Part shown: piece by piece, positions 1 through 9,031 of the stretch
Layout of the letters: each line of letters begins with the position of its first letter
How positions within the stretch are numbered: position 1 is the stretch's first letter
DNA from: a virus
IMG/VR virus record: IMGVR_UViG_3300045988_047176
Direction: 5' to 3' (one strand)
Length of the DNA stretch: 41,736 nucleotides
Made by a program: the position numbers and the translations under genes
The notes under the pieces: model-generated
The model's input: the letters and a program-made list of their open reading frames with translations, nothing else
Told to the model about the DNA's origin: nothing
Database searches by the model: none

Positions 1-119
1 GGTGTATTGGGAATATTTTACCCCGGATTTTTCGATATGCCTGGGGAGCACATGGGAGAAGCAATAAAACAGTGCTTTTGGTTTATCAACGGCGGGAATG
101 AGGAAGCGCAAAAAAAAAC
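1..119. repeat. Terminal direct repeat, copy 1 (identical to 41618..41736)
   Basis: Read base by base, ggtgtattgggaatattttaccccgg...aggaagcgcaaaaaaaaac is present at both ends. Confidence 0.95.
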
Positions 120-414
120 AACCAAGTTGATGGACTGGGAACAGGACTTTAGACTGCTCATCGCCCCCATTAACCGCATAGCGGGGCAGGAAGTGCGAGC
201 GCTACCATATCTGCATTGGTGGACGTTTCTTTCGTATTACGGTGAAATCGGCGATTGCTACTTCGCGCAGATCGTGCGTATACGCGATCTGAAAGCAAAT
301 GGGAAACTGAAAGACAAAGCCGACAAAGAGTTTTACCGCAGAAACCGAGACGCTATCGACATTAAGCGCCGGTACTCGGAGGCCGAGGAAGAAGTAATTA
401 AGGGCTGGACGTAA
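1..414 (+). CDS. Gp15-family protein of the tail-assembly region, 3' part. The CDS wraps the junction; the 5' part is at 41486..41736.
   Basis: The frame is open from base 1 (GVLGIFYPGFFDM...) and is in phase with the ATG at 41486. The joined product is about 181 aa. The N-terminal LPKSVEVCGVEYPIETDFRVILDI pattern looks like Phage_Gp15. The gene lies between the tail chaperone and the tape measure. Confidence 0.7.
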   Translation, partial: GVLGIFYPGFFDMPGEHMGEAIKQCFWFINGGNEEAQKKTTKLMDWEQDFRLLIAPINRIAGQEVRALPYLHWWTFLSYYGEIGDCYFAQIVRIRDLKANGKLKDKADKEFYRRNRDAIDIKRRYSEAEEEVIKGWT

Positions 415-418
415 AAAA

Positions 419-436
419 GCCGCCCCGGAGGGCGGC
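419..436 (-). terminator. Rho-independent terminator for the reverse-strand moron. It may also act on the + strand.
   Basis: There is a perfect 7-bp GC stem, GCCGCCC/GGGCGGC, with a CGGA loop. The A6 run at 413-418 gives a U-tract on the minus-strand transcript. Confidence 0.7.
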
Positions 437-446
437 TGCGTAGAGG

Positions 447-1061
447 TCATTGCTTTGCGATAAATGTAATGTCGTTTCCAGACCAAAAATCCGGGGTAAA
501 TCTGATTTCAAGCGTTTTCCAATCTGCTGGGACTTCGTAGCCTATTACGCCGAACATCTTTTTCCCTGGTGCAACAGTACCGTCCAGCTGACCTTTGTCT
601 GCGGCCAACGTTCCGGTCATGCTCATGTTTGTGGAGTAGTCATCGACATACGCTTCAAAAGACATTATAGAGCTTATGGAAATATCTTTGCTGGATTTAT
701 TCTCAATGGAAAATTCGCAAAATAGAAACACGTTTCCGCTTTCTGGCGTGTAAAACCCTTCTCCGTTTGATTGGGTGCAGGACACAAAAGTGACCTCAAT
801 GTCTTTAAGGGAGACAACGTCACCAACTGCAAATTTCGTTTTCTGCGAAGCAGATGATCCGCTTCCAGGTTTTTCGTCTGTAGTCCCCACCTTTTCTGGG
901 GAGCTTCCGCCAAACGCAGCGCCAATAATGCCGATAGCAATAAACACAGCTATAACGATCAGCACGACCGGCTTTTTCTGTTTGGCCCCGCAGGCGGGGC
1001 AAACTTTCGCGGATTTTGCAATATCTGCGCCACAGGTCTTACACTTAGTCATTTTATCCAT
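447..1061 (-). CDS. Zinc-ribbon, TM and DUF4352-like extracellular domain protein (moron)
   Basis: 204 aa. It starts with CKTCGADI...CPACG, followed by the hydrophobic helix VVLIVIAVFIAIGIIGAAF and a Ser/Gly linker. The beta-rich C-terminal domain (FEAYVDD..., GVIGYEVP) resembles DUF4352. It is the only reverse-strand gene in the tail module, and it has its own promoter and terminator. Confidence 0.7.
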   Translation of the reverse strand: MDKMTKCKTCGADIAKSAKVCPACGAKQKKPVVLIVIAVFIAIGIIGAAFGGSSPEKVGTTDEKPGSGSSASQKTKFAVGDVVSLKDIEVTFVSCTQSNGEGFYTPESGNVFLFCEFSIENKSSKDISISSIMSFEAYVDDYSTNMSMTGTLAADKGQLDGTVAPGKKMFGVIGYEVPADWKTLEIRFTPDFWSGNDITFIAKQ

Positions 1062-1099
1062 TTTCTTCCACCCTCCAAGAAGTTTTTTGTGGTTTGTTT

Positions 1100-1128
1100 A
1101 TAATACCACACAAATACCATAAAAGCAA
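1100..1128 (-). promoter_or_regulatory. Sigma-70-type promoter for the moron
   Basis: On the minus strand: -35 TTGCTT (1128-1123), a 17-nt spacer ending TGg (extended -10), then -10 TATTAT (1105-1100). A GGAGGGTGG RBS precedes the ATG at 1061. Confidence 0.6.
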
Positions 1129-1140
1129 GTAGGTGATTGT

Positions 1141-3150
1141 ATGGCAAACGCTGACGGCTCCGTCGTTATCCGGGTGGATGCCGACGACAAAAAAGCAATA
1201 AAGAAACTTGACGATGTCGCGAAGAAGGCGAACGACGTCCGAAAGGGCTTGGACGGTAAAAGCATCCTGATCAATACGGATGTTTCGCAGGCTGAAAGAG
1301 AAATTGACCGTTTGCGGACAAGCATCGGTAAACTGGAGGAGGATATTCGCGTAAAAGAGCGACTTGCGCTTGAGACACAAAACGCTAAGGCTATGGCAAG
1401 GGAAAGAAGCAAGATGGCGAGCGATTCCGGCGATGATGCCACCGCACAAAAGATGGCAAAAGAATGGGACAGGCTGGATGCAAAAGCGAAGAGGTATGCC
1501 GAGCAGATCAACGAAGCGCAAGTACGCCTTGACGTTGAAAAAGAGGCTGCGGGGAACATTGCGCAAGCCGTTTTAAAGGCGGCGGAAGAAACAGGAGAAG
1601 CCTCGCGTAACGCAGAAAAAATGAATGCCGCTGTCAAGAAGGCTGCCAAAAGTGCAGAGGCATTTGGTAAGCGCATCAAATCTGTTGTGCAGGGAGCGTT
1701 GGTATTCACCGTCATTACACAGGGGCTTTCCAAACTGCGTGACTGGATGTCCGATGTGGTATCTACCAATTCTGCGGCAAGCGCTTCCATCGCCAAACTG
1801 AAAGGTGCGCTGCTGACGATGGTTCAACCGCTTGTACAGGTCATCATCCCGGCCTTTACCACGCTCGTAAAGGTGCTTACAGCGGTAGTCTCTGTCATCG
1901 CAAATGTTGTATCCGCGCTGTTTGGCACTACGGCAGCAGAAAGTGCTAATGCGGCGAAATCTCTAAATGACCAAAAGAACGCCTACAAGGGCGTGGGCAG
2001 TGCGGCAAAATCCGCCAGTAAGCAGCTCGCATCGTTTGACGAGATAAACAAGTTGAGCGGAGAAAGCAGCGACGGCAGCTCTGCGGACATCGCGCCGGAT
2101 TTCAGCTTTATGGATTCTATTTCTCCGCGGCTGGAGCAAATAGGAAAAGATGTTGCCCTTATTGGGGCAGGTTTTGCGCTATGGAAAATCGCAGACAGCT
2201 TACCCGGAGCGCTCGGAACAATCGGCACAAAACTGGGCGGAATTTTGATCGCTATTGGCGGTATTGCACTGGCGGTAGACGGAATAAATGACGCTTGGGA
2301 AAACGGCGTAGACTGGGGCAACATGGCGGAAATTATTGGCGGCGTTGCCGCTGCCGCCTTTGGGCTTTCGGCTGCTTTTGGAAAAGTGGGCGCAGGAATT
2401 GCGTTAGTCGTTGGTGGCGCAGCCATGATTGTCACGGCGTTTAAGGACATTATCGACAACGGCGCAAACCTTAAAAATACGCTGCTTTTGATTGCCGGAA
2501 TTGTAGCGACGGGGCTAGGTTTCTTTTTCCTTACTGGCAGTGTAGTCCCGCTAGTTATAGCGGGTATTGCAGCTGTTGTGGTTGCCGTTTTGGCGTTGAC
2601 AGGGAATTTGGAAGAATTTTGCAAAAACCTCAAGGAAAACATCTTGGGTGGGCTTATTGATTTTATCGCGGGCGTTTTTACGGGAGACTGGGAGCGTGCA
2701 TGGGATGGCGTTAAACGCATATTCAAGGGCGTTTGGAACGGTATCGTTGTGGTTTTGGAAAGCGCAGTAAACCTTGTCATAAAAGGGATCAACTGGCTTA
2801 TTAGTAAACTCAACACTATCCAAATCAAAATCCCGGATTGGCTCGGAGGCGGCTCTTTTGGGTTTAATATTAGGCCCATTACAGAGGTACACATCCCCCG
2901 TTTGGCGCAGGGTGCAGTTATACCGCCGAACCGCGAATTTATGGCGGTGCTGGGCGACCAAAAGCAAGGGACAAACATAGAAGCGCCTGCCGATCTTATT
3001 CGCCAAATTGTGCGAGAAGAAATGAATAACGCAAGCGGCGGAGAAGAAATCACCATTAAATTTACTGGTGATTTAGCGCAGCTGGCACGTGTGCTGTCCC
3101 CGGAAATCACGCGGCAACAAAGAAACCGACAGCGGGCATTGGGGGTGTAA
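1141..3150 (+). CDS. Tail tape measure protein
   Basis: 669 aa. It has a long charged coiled-coil N-terminus and central Gly/Ala-rich hydrophobic segments. It lies downstream of the major tail and chaperone genes. RBS AGGTGA. Confidence 0.85.
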   Translation: MANADGSVVIRVDADDKKAIKKLDDVAKKANDVRKGLDGKSILINTDVSQAEREIDRLRTSIGKLEEDIRVKERLALETQNAKAMARERSKMASDSGDDATAQKMAKEWDRLDAKAKRYAEQINEAQVRLDVEKEAAGNIAQAVLKAAEETGEASRNAEKMNAAVKKAAKSAEAFGKRIKSVVQGALVFTVITQGLSKLRDWMSDVVSTNSAASASIAKLKGALLTMVQPLVQVIIPAFTTLVKVLTAVVSVIANVVSALFGTTAAESANAAKSLNDQKNAYKGVGSAAKSASKQLASFDEINKLSGESSDGSSADIAPDFSFMDSISPRLEQIGKDVALIGAGFALWKIADSLPGALGTIGTKLGGILIAIGGIALAVDGINDAWENGVDWGNMAEIIGGVAAAAFGLSAAFGKVGAGIALVVGGAAMIVTAFKDIIDNGANLKNTLLLIAGIVATGLGFFFLTGSVVPLVIAGIAAVVVAVLALTGNLEEFCKNLKENILGGLIDFIAGVFTGDWERAWDGVKRIFKGVWNGIVVVLESAVNLVIKGINWLISKLNTIQIKIPDWLGGGSFGFNIRPITEVHIPRLAQGAVIPPNREFMAVLGDQKQGTNIEAPADLIRQIVREEMNNASGGEEITIKFTGDLAQLARVLSPEITRQQRNRQRALGV

Positions 3151-3152
3151 AA

Positions 3153-3530
3153 ATGGAAGTGCCGTATTTCAAGATAAACGGAACGGACATTCTGCCTTGG
3201 GTAGAAACAAACGGAATACAGTGGAAGCGCAACGATTTAGACAGTGACAAGTCAGGGCGCACAATGGACGGGACTATGCATCGAGGCCGAGTAGCAATCA
3301 AATACACGGTCAACATTACGTGTCTTCCTCTGCGCCGCGCCGATGAAATAAAGCTAATGCAGCTGATACTTCCAGAGTTTGTTACCGTGGACACAAATCT
3401 ACACCCGCTGTATTCGGCATACTCCGCGCAGTATTACTCCAACAATGTGCCGGCTACTATTTCTGCGGTTGACCCGATAAGCGGGGAAACAGTGTGGGCG
3501 GACATCACATTCCCGCTTGTGGAAAAATAA
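3153..3530 (+). CDS. Minor tail protein (possible minimal distal tail protein)
   Basis: 125 aa and immediately downstream of the tape measure, 2 nt after its stop. The call is based on position only. Confidence 0.45.
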   Translation: MEVPYFKINGTDILPWVETNGIQWKRNDLDSDKSGRTMDGTMHRGRVAIKYTVNITCLPLRRADEIKLMQLILPEFVTVDTNLHPLYSAYSAQYYSNNVPATISAVDPISGETVWADITFPLVEK

Positions 3531-3541
3531 GGGAGATAAAT

Positions 3542-4324
3542 ATGCAGCAGACATCAGCGCTATACAAAGAATTGCTGGCGGGGAACTACACCGTAGAAAC
3601 GCGAGTGACTATCGGCGGCTCTGATTTGTTGATAGACAAAGCGGGTGATTATATTACTTTCGGCAGCACAAGAATATGTGTAGCATCTGCGGGCGCGGAT
3701 GGCGGGTACGCAGAGAACATGATCTCCAGCGTATCTACGACAGGCGGCTTGTTCAGCGGAGACGAGCCGACCGTTGGCGAGTGCATAAGCCGAGAGGTAA
3801 ACATTAAGATGCTGAAACCTGTTGGGCAAATACAAGGGCTGTCCCGCATCGTCGTGTACTCAAGGCTCACAGACGGTAACAGACACTCAGAGTGGCTGCC
3901 GCAGGGCGTGTATTTTGCAGACGAAATCGATGAAGACGCTGAGGAAAACGATGTTACTTGGCTCCGCATTCACGGTTACGACGCGCTTCTGTTTGCAGAG
4001 CAGGATTATCCAACAACAACAAAGTTAGCGTGGCCAGCAAAAGATGTTGATGTTGTTTCCGAAATTGCATCGGCGTTAGGCGTTTCCGTAGACGCAAGGA
4101 CAATCGCACGTATAGCAAAAGCATATCGCGTGCAATACAACACTACGTATTCTTGCCGGGAATACCTTGGTTATATTGCGGCGATGTACGCAGGCTGCTT
4201 TGTTATGAGCGAGGCGGGAGAATTGCAGCTTGTTTGCTTTTGGGACATTCCGAAGGAAACGCAATATTTGATTGACAGCGCGGGGTTTGCTATAACGTTT
4301 GGAGGTGACAGGATCGTTGTCTGA
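3542..4324 (+). CDS. Tail tip protein (similar to the N-terminal part of a tail-associated or baseplate-hub protein)
   Basis: ATG at 3542 follows a GGGAG RBS. 260 aa. The call rests on position after the Dit-like ORF and on the C-terminal ...REYLGYIAAMYAGCFVMSEAGELQL pattern, which recalls prophage tail N-terminal domains. Confidence 0.5.
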   Translation: MQQTSALYKELLAGNYTVETRVTIGGSDLLIDKAGDYITFGSTRICVASAGADGGYAENMISSVSTTGGLFSGDEPTVGECISREVNIKMLKPVGQIQGLSRIVVYSRLTDGNRHSEWLPQGVYFADEIDEDAEENDVTWLRIHGYDALLFAEQDYPTTTKLAWPAKDVDVVSEIASALGVSVDARTIARIAKAYRVQYNTTYSCREYLGYIAAMYAGCFVMSEAGELQLVCFWDIPKETQYLIDSAGFAITFGGDRIVV

Positions 4325-5495
4325 TGTTGTTCGATGCAAAAAAAATGTAGCCTCGCTGGAAAAAGAAAATTTGTTTAACGGTTATTCTCGTGTTGCCATA
4401 AACGTTTCCGATGATCTGTCTTATATCGCTGGGACAGACAGCGGGCGCACATTGACGTTGGAATGCCCCTGGGGCACACAAGAGATGGCAAATAATATAC
4501 TTTCCAGTATACGAGGGTATCAGTATCAACCGTATAGCGCGACGGAAGCGTATATCGATCCTGCTGCGGAGCTGGGAGACGCTTTATCCGTTGGAAATGT
4601 GTACGGCGCAATTTGCAAAAAAAATGTGTCTCACGGGCGATTGTATACCGCTGATGTGTCCGCTCCCGGCGGCGAAAAAATAAACTATCGCTACAAATAC
4701 AAATCCCCAACAACCCGAAAAATAGACAGGCAGTACAAAGAAACAAAGGCAAGTTTTACCGTGCTTGCTGACAAAATCAGCGCAGAAGTAGAGGCGCGAA
4801 CCGCAGACACAGCATCCCTTAAATCTGCGCTTGCCGTTCAAGCCGGAGAAATCTCTGCCAAAGTAAGCCGAAATGGTGGAAACAGTTCAAGTTTTGGGTG
4901 GAGTTTAACTGCCGATGGGTGGACGCTGACGAGCAACGGCGGAACAGTGCTCAACGCAAACAAAAACGGGTTAAAAATAACGGGCGAGGTCGAAGCGACA
5001 AGCGGAAAAGTTGGCGGCTTTATTATAAAAGATGGCTACCTGAGCACCAACAGTCAAACGTGGGGAGGCACAAATACAACAGGGATTTACATCGGATCGT
5101 CCGGGATTCAGCTCGGAAAAAATTTTTCGGTAGATGCGGCTGGAAATCTTACGGCGTATAGCGGTACATTTTTAGGCACGGTTAGCGCCGGAAACATTGA
5201 ATACGGCGGGTTCGATGGCTATTTTAACGCGTCGGGGTTGCTTGATATGTCGATTTTTAATGACAAGATTGCAACAGATGCCATAGCAAATCGAAATATA
5301 CAGTCAGCATCTATCTACCCGAGCACCTGCAACAGCACAATCAACGGTTACTTTGCGGATGTGATCTACGCGAACAAGGTGTTTGCAGGTAACGCGACTA
5401 TACCTAACTTCAGAACAACAAATCTCGCGGTAGGAAATATAGCGGTCAGTTGGGTAGATGGTTCAAGAGCTAGACGGGTTTTGGGTATATACTAA
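4299..5495 (+). CDS. Tail tip or fibre-associated structural protein
   Basis: 398-aa ORF overlapping the previous gene by 26 nt. It has a coiled-coil stretch (ADKISAEVEARTADTASLKSALAVQAGEISAKV) and a Gly/Asn-rich beta C-terminus. No in-frame ATG lies near the 5' end, so the start is uncertain (TTG 4299, GTG 4305 or TTG 4317). Confidence 0.55.
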   Translation: MEVTGSLSDVVRCKKNVASLEKENLFNGYSRVAINVSDDLSYIAGTDSGRTLTLECPWGTQEMANNILSSIRGYQYQPYSATEAYIDPAAELGDALSVGNVYGAICKKNVSHGRLYTADVSAPGGEKINYRYKYKSPTTRKIDRQYKETKASFTVLADKISAEVEARTADTASLKSALAVQAGEISAKVSRNGGNSSSFGWSLTADGWTLTSNGGTVLNANKNGLKITGEVEATSGKVGGFIIKDGYLSTNSQTWGGTNTTGIYIGSSGIQLGKNFSVDAAGNLTAYSGTFLGTVSAGNIEYGGFDGYFNASGLLDMSIFNDKIATDAIANRNIQSASIYPSTCNSTINGYFADVIYANKVFAGNATIPNFRTTNLAVGNIAVSWVDGSRARRVLGIY

Positions 5496-5508
5496 TGGAG
5501 GTGTTGTC

Positions 5509-5790
5509 ATGCCTACAATTACGCTTAACAACAGAACAGTGTACGAATGCCCTTTTTGCGGGCTGGCGTCCGTCGGCATCCTGTATGCCGACATTCTAGG
5601 CGTCACGTTGGCGGAGGCGCTATCGGCGTTCAGCGATCCAACAAACACCTTGGGCATGGAGTACCGCGCCGGGGAGGAGACCCGACGCTACGACGGCTTT
5701 ACGCGGCTCATCGGCGTGGAGTACGCCTACAACGACACATCGGCGGTGCGGGTGGCCCTGCGCCGCCCCTATGAAGGAGAGACAGCATGA
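5509..5790 (+). CDS. Hypothetical tail-module protein
   Basis: ATG at 5509 follows a GGAGGTG RBS. 93 aa. The stop overlaps the next start (ATGA). Confidence 0.5.
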   Translation: MPTITLNNRTVYECPFCGLASVGILYADILGVTLAEALSAFSDPTNTLGMEYRAGEETRRYDGFTRLIGVEYAYNDTSAVRVALRRPYEGETA

Positions 5791-5954
5791 AGGAGACCAT
5801 CAGAGCCATCCGCACCACACTGAACAGCGTGGAGGTGCGGGGCAAGACCAATTTGGACAGGCTGCTGGCGTGCATCAACGCACTGGAGCAGCTGGAGACT
5901 ATAGTGCCCAACTTGGGCACGGTGGAAAAGGAGGACGAGGCGCATGGCGGATAA
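5787..5954 (+). CDS. Small helical tail-module protein (55 aa)
   Basis: This ORF is not in the supplied track, which appears to omit ORFs under 60 aa. Its ATG overlaps the upstream stop, and its own stop overlaps the fibre gene's ATG at 5944, so it appears translationally coupled on both sides. Confidence 0.45.
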   Translation: MKETIRAIRTTLNSVEVRGKTNLDRLLACINALEQLETIVPNLGTVEKEDEAHGG

Positions 5955-7695
5955 GGCGATTTCCGAGCTGGTAGCAGCGGAGCAGATCAAGTCAACGGAC
6001 ATGTTCGTGCTGGAACAGGACGGCACGGCAAAGCGCTTGCAAGGGCAGACGCTGTTGAACTGGCTGACAGCGGCGGCTGACGGGCACGGCGGTATTTCCA
6101 ATATTGCCAAAACCGGTACGGATGGGCTTGTGGATACCTACACCATTACGCTGGCCGACACTACCACGAAAACCTTTACCGTGACCAACGGAAACGGCTT
6201 GACAGCATTTGAAAAACTGTCTACGGTGGGGCTAGTGGATACATACCGATTTACCCGGTCGGACGGTACATATTTTACGTTCGCTGTGTCCAACGGTGCT
6301 AAGGGTGATACCGGCGACGCAAGCCACGTGTGGATCAAGTATGCATCGCAGCAGCCCACGGCGAACAGTCATAGCATTGGCGACAACCCTGATGACTGGA
6401 TGGGCATTTATTCCGGCACGGCAGAAACCGCTCCCACAGACTGGCAAGCGTACAGTTGGTATCAAATCAAAGGAGACAAAGGGGACACCGGCGCACCGGC
6501 TACCGTTACAGGCGTAACAGTGGAATACATTGTATCAGACAGCGGTACAATCGTGCCATCGGGAAGCTGGAGCACAACAATTCCATCTGTCCCGCAGGGA
6601 AAATATTTGTGGACGCGCAGTACTACAAACTTTAACACAGGGAACCCGGCTGTGTCCTACTCTGTTACGCGAATGGGCATTGACGGAAGCGGATCAGTTA
6701 TCTCCGTAAACGACAAATCTCCCAGCGACAGCGGCAACGTAACTCTGACAGCGGGTGACATTCAAACAAGCGGAAACGTCAGCGTAGAATACGAGTTGGA
6801 TAATGCAGTTAAATACAACACCCCCCAAACCCTGACCGACGCGCAGAAGCAGCAGGCACGGGACAACATCAACGCGCCAGCACCATACGAAGCGGGAGAC
6901 AACATCTCCATCACCGGCAGGATCATCACCACCAAGACGTTCCCTTGTAACCCCAACCTGCTGGACAACTGGTACTTTGGCAATCCTGTCAATCAGAGAG
7001 GGCAGACGCTCTACACAGGTGGGTACTGCATAGATAGGTGGATTGTTACAGGTGATAGTCCGCGCTCTACTGTAACTCCCGGAAGTCTTAAAGGGGTTGG
7101 TTATATAGTCCAGAAACCAGACAACTCAAATTTGCTTGAGGGGATGCAACTTACGCTATCTGCTCTCATGAGCGACAATACCTTTGGATCAGCAACTTTT
7201 CATTTAAGTAAGGGGATGGTAAGACCAGTGGCGATCAGAAAGAACGATTATATCGTTTATGCTGAATGGGCAAACACAAACGACTTTTTTACCGTGAATT
7301 GGAAAACTGACTCTGAAGCTGTTGGTTTGGTAGCCATCAAGCTGGAACTCGGCCCCCAGCAGACCCTCGCCCATCAGGAGAACGGTGTGTGGGTGCTGAA
7401 CGAGATACCCGACTACGGAGAGCAGTTGAGAAGGTGCCAGCGGTACTATATAGAGGGAGACGCCATCGCGGTATACAGTAAGGGTAGTTCTTGGGCTGTC
7501 CCGCTCCGCATTGAAATGCGAACTGCGCCGTCTGTAAAATATAGCAATGTGAATAGCTATCAGGATGGGGCTAAGATGACGGTTAGCTCATACTTCACTT
7601 CTCGATCCACACTGCTTCCGGGATTTGCAGCGGAGCGAGCCGACGGCGGAGATGCCTGCGCCCTTGTGCATTATAGTGCATCCGCTGACTTGTAA
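5944..7695 (+). CDS. Tail fibre or receptor-binding protein
   Basis: 583 aa. It contains short collagen-like triplets (GAKGDTGDA, KGDKGDTGAP) and beta-rich Thr/Ser/Gly sequence. It is the last large gene of the tail module. Confidence 0.7.
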   Translation: MADKAISELVAAEQIKSTDMFVLEQDGTAKRLQGQTLLNWLTAAADGHGGISNIAKTGTDGLVDTYTITLADTTTKTFTVTNGNGLTAFEKLSTVGLVDTYRFTRSDGTYFTFAVSNGAKGDTGDASHVWIKYASQQPTANSHSIGDNPDDWMGIYSGTAETAPTDWQAYSWYQIKGDKGDTGAPATVTGVTVEYIVSDSGTIVPSGSWSTTIPSVPQGKYLWTRSTTNFNTGNPAVSYSVTRMGIDGSGSVISVNDKSPSDSGNVTLTAGDIQTSGNVSVEYELDNAVKYNTPQTLTDAQKQQARDNINAPAPYEAGDNISITGRIITTKTFPCNPNLLDNWYFGNPVNQRGQTLYTGGYCIDRWIVTGDSPRSTVTPGSLKGVGYIVQKPDNSNLLEGMQLTLSALMSDNTFGSATFHLSKGMVRPVAIRKNDYIVYAEWANTNDFFTVNWKTDSEAVGLVAIKLELGPQQTLAHQENGVWVLNEIPDYGEQLRRCQRYYIEGDAIAVYSKGSSWAVPLRIEMRTAPSVKYSNVNSYQDGAKMTVSSYFTSRSTLLPGFAAERADGGDACALVHYSASADL

Positions 7696-7706
7696 GGAGG
7701 TGCACT

Positions 7707-8063
7707 ATGGAAATCCAAAAATCAAAAGTTTACGTCCTGCTGGACGAGAGAAACCGTGTCTTGCGCTGCGAGGGCGGGTACACCGTGAGCAACATCGACG
7801 ATGTGAGCAAGTGGACGTACATCGACGAGGGAACGGGGGACAGGTACAACCTGTGTCAGAGCCACTACCTCGACGGCGGACTGTACACCCATGACGGCAT
7901 TCCCCGGTACAAGTACGAGGACGGCGTGTGTGTGCTGCGGAGCGAGGATGAGGTGAAGGCAGACCGTGCAGCACTGCCGCCGACCGCTCCTACCCAGCTG
8001 GACAGGGTAGAGGCACAGGCGACGTACACGGCCATGATGACCGATACCATGATGGAGGGCTAA
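7707..8063 (+). CDS. XkdW-like or tail-fibre accessory protein
   Basis: 118 aa with a strong AAGGAGG RBS. It lies between the fibre gene and the XkdX-like peptide. The C-terminal ...QLDRVEAQATYTAMMTDTMME resembles proteins found at this position in PBSX-like elements. Confidence 0.4.
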   Translation: MEIQKSKVYVLLDERNRVLRCEGGYTVSNIDDVSKWTYIDEGTGDRYNLCQSHYLDGGLYTHDGIPRYKYEDGVCVLRSEDEVKADRAALPPTAPTQLDRVEAQATYTAMMTDTMMEG

Positions 8064-8066
8064 CGC

Positions 8067-8195
8067 ATGAAAGAGAAAATCAAGAAGTGGTATGAACAGG
8101 GACTGTGGACAGCGGAGATGGTACGGAACGCCGTGATTAAGGGCAAGCTGACGGAGGATGAGTACCGGGAGATCGTGGGGGAGGCAGAGCTGTGA
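8067..8195 (+). CDS. XkdX-family small phage protein (42 aa)
   Basis: MKEKIKKWYEQGLWTAEMVRNAVIKGKLTEDEYREIVGEAEL fits the XkdX pattern (W/Y..G.WT...V...V.KG.IT..EY..I.G). It is not in the ORF track, which appears to omit ORFs under 60 aa. Confidence 0.7.
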   Translation: MKEKIKKWYEQGLWTAEMVRNAVIKGKLTEDEYREIVGEAEL

Positions 8196-8370
8196 GCCTA
8201 ACACTGGAAAAGCTCCCGGCGCGGTTGCCGAGAGCCTGGGTGGACGGTATGGCCGCCTGCAAGAGGTTACTCCCCGTATCTTCGGGGCGTGCGTAGGCTT
8301 CTGCGCCGCAGCGCTGCTGAAAAGCGGAAAATAAACAACGGAAAGGGCATAGGCCCGGAAAGGTACAACT

Positions 8371-8691
8371 ATGGACATCAATACTATCGGCGTGGCGACT
8401 GTGGCCGCTATCATTGTGATTTGCTATCTGATCGGCATGATCGTGAAGGCCACGGCGCTGGACAACAAATGGATCCCCATTATTTGCGGTGTGTGCGGCG
8501 GCATCATCGGTGCGCTAGCGCTGGCATTCCATATACCGGATTTTCCTGCAAACGACTACGTTACGGCGGTTGCCGTTGGCATTATGTCCGGCCTGACCGC
8601 GACGGGCGTTAATCAGGTGTTTAAGCAGATGTCCCGCGTAAAGGAAGAAAAAGCACCGTCCAAAGCATTACCGTACATATACGGAGAATGA
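8371..8691 (+). CDS. Holin, Hol118/Hol44-like (Phage_holin_5-type)
   Basis: 106 aa with three hydrophobic segments. NKWIPIICGVCGGIIGALA and TATGVNQVFKQ resemble Listeria A118 Hol118 (SKWLPTVSILIGAILGALA ... GTGLFEQF). The C-terminus is charged. Confidence 0.75.
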   Translation: MDINTIGVATVAAIIVICYLIGMIVKATALDNKWIPIICGVCGGIIGALALAFHIPDFPANDYVTAVAVGIMSGLTATGVNQVFKQMSRVKEEKAPSKALPYIYGE

Positions 8692-8728
8692 GGGCATTGA
8701 GTAAGGCGTAAGCCGGAAAGGAGAGCGA

Positions 8729-9031
8729 ATGGAACCGTGGGTACAGCAGATCGTCGTACCGCTGGCGGTAGCGGTGCTGACAAGCAGCGGCTTGTGGGCG
8801 CTGGTATCGAAGCGGGCGGACAAGAACAATGCGGAGCGGAAGATGCTGGTGGGCCTGGCGCATGACCGCATCATCCATTTGGGCATGACCTACATCCAGC
8901 GCGGCGAGGTCACGCAGGACGAGTATGAGAACCTCAACGATTACCTGTATGCGCCGTATGAAAAAATGGGCGGCAACGGCAGCGCCAAGCGCGTGATGGA
9001 AGAGGTTCGCCGCCTGCCTATCCGAAAATAA
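8729..9031 (+). CDS. Lysis-cassette membrane protein of unknown role (N-terminal TM with a soluble C-terminal domain)
   Basis: 100 aa. One N-terminal helix (IVVPLAVAVLTSSGLWALV) is followed by ...GLAHDRIIHLGMTYIQRGEVTQDEYENLNDYLYAPYEKMGGNGSAKR. It sits between the two holin genes. Confidence 0.5.
   Translation: MEPWVQQIVVPLAVAVLTSSGLWALVSKRADKNNAERKMLVGLAHDRIIHLGMTYIQRGEVTQDEYENLNDYLYAPYEKMGGNGSAKRVMEEVRRLPIRK

Noticed and set aside
1098-3110. Minus-strand ORFs 1098-1796 and 1983-3110, and internal + frame ORFs inside the tape measure gene.
   Set aside because: They are low-complexity Ser/Ala/Pro-rich shadows of the tape measure coding strand.
4299-4324. Programmed frameshift fusing the tail genes 3542-4324 and 4299-5495.
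   Set aside because: The downstream frame is +1, not -1, relative to the upstream gene. I see no slippery sequence or rare-codon pause in the 26-nt overlap, so independent initiation at a non-ATG start is simpler. This remains unproven.
5944-7695. A diversity-generating retroelement targeting the tail fibre C-terminus.
   Set aside because: There is no reverse transcriptase gene, and I found no second copy (template repeat) of the fibre 3' end in the window.
8273-8288. A small hairpin, CCCCG-TATCTT-CGGGG, in the 175-bp gap before the holin, considered as a terminator.
   Set aside because: The stem is only 5 bp and no T-tract follows. That is not enough to call a terminator.
7722-8414. A 230-aa minus-strand ORF opposite the XkdW/XkdX-like genes and the holin start.
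   Set aside because: It is antisense to genes with strong RBSs, its composition is implausible, and it crosses an intergenic region.
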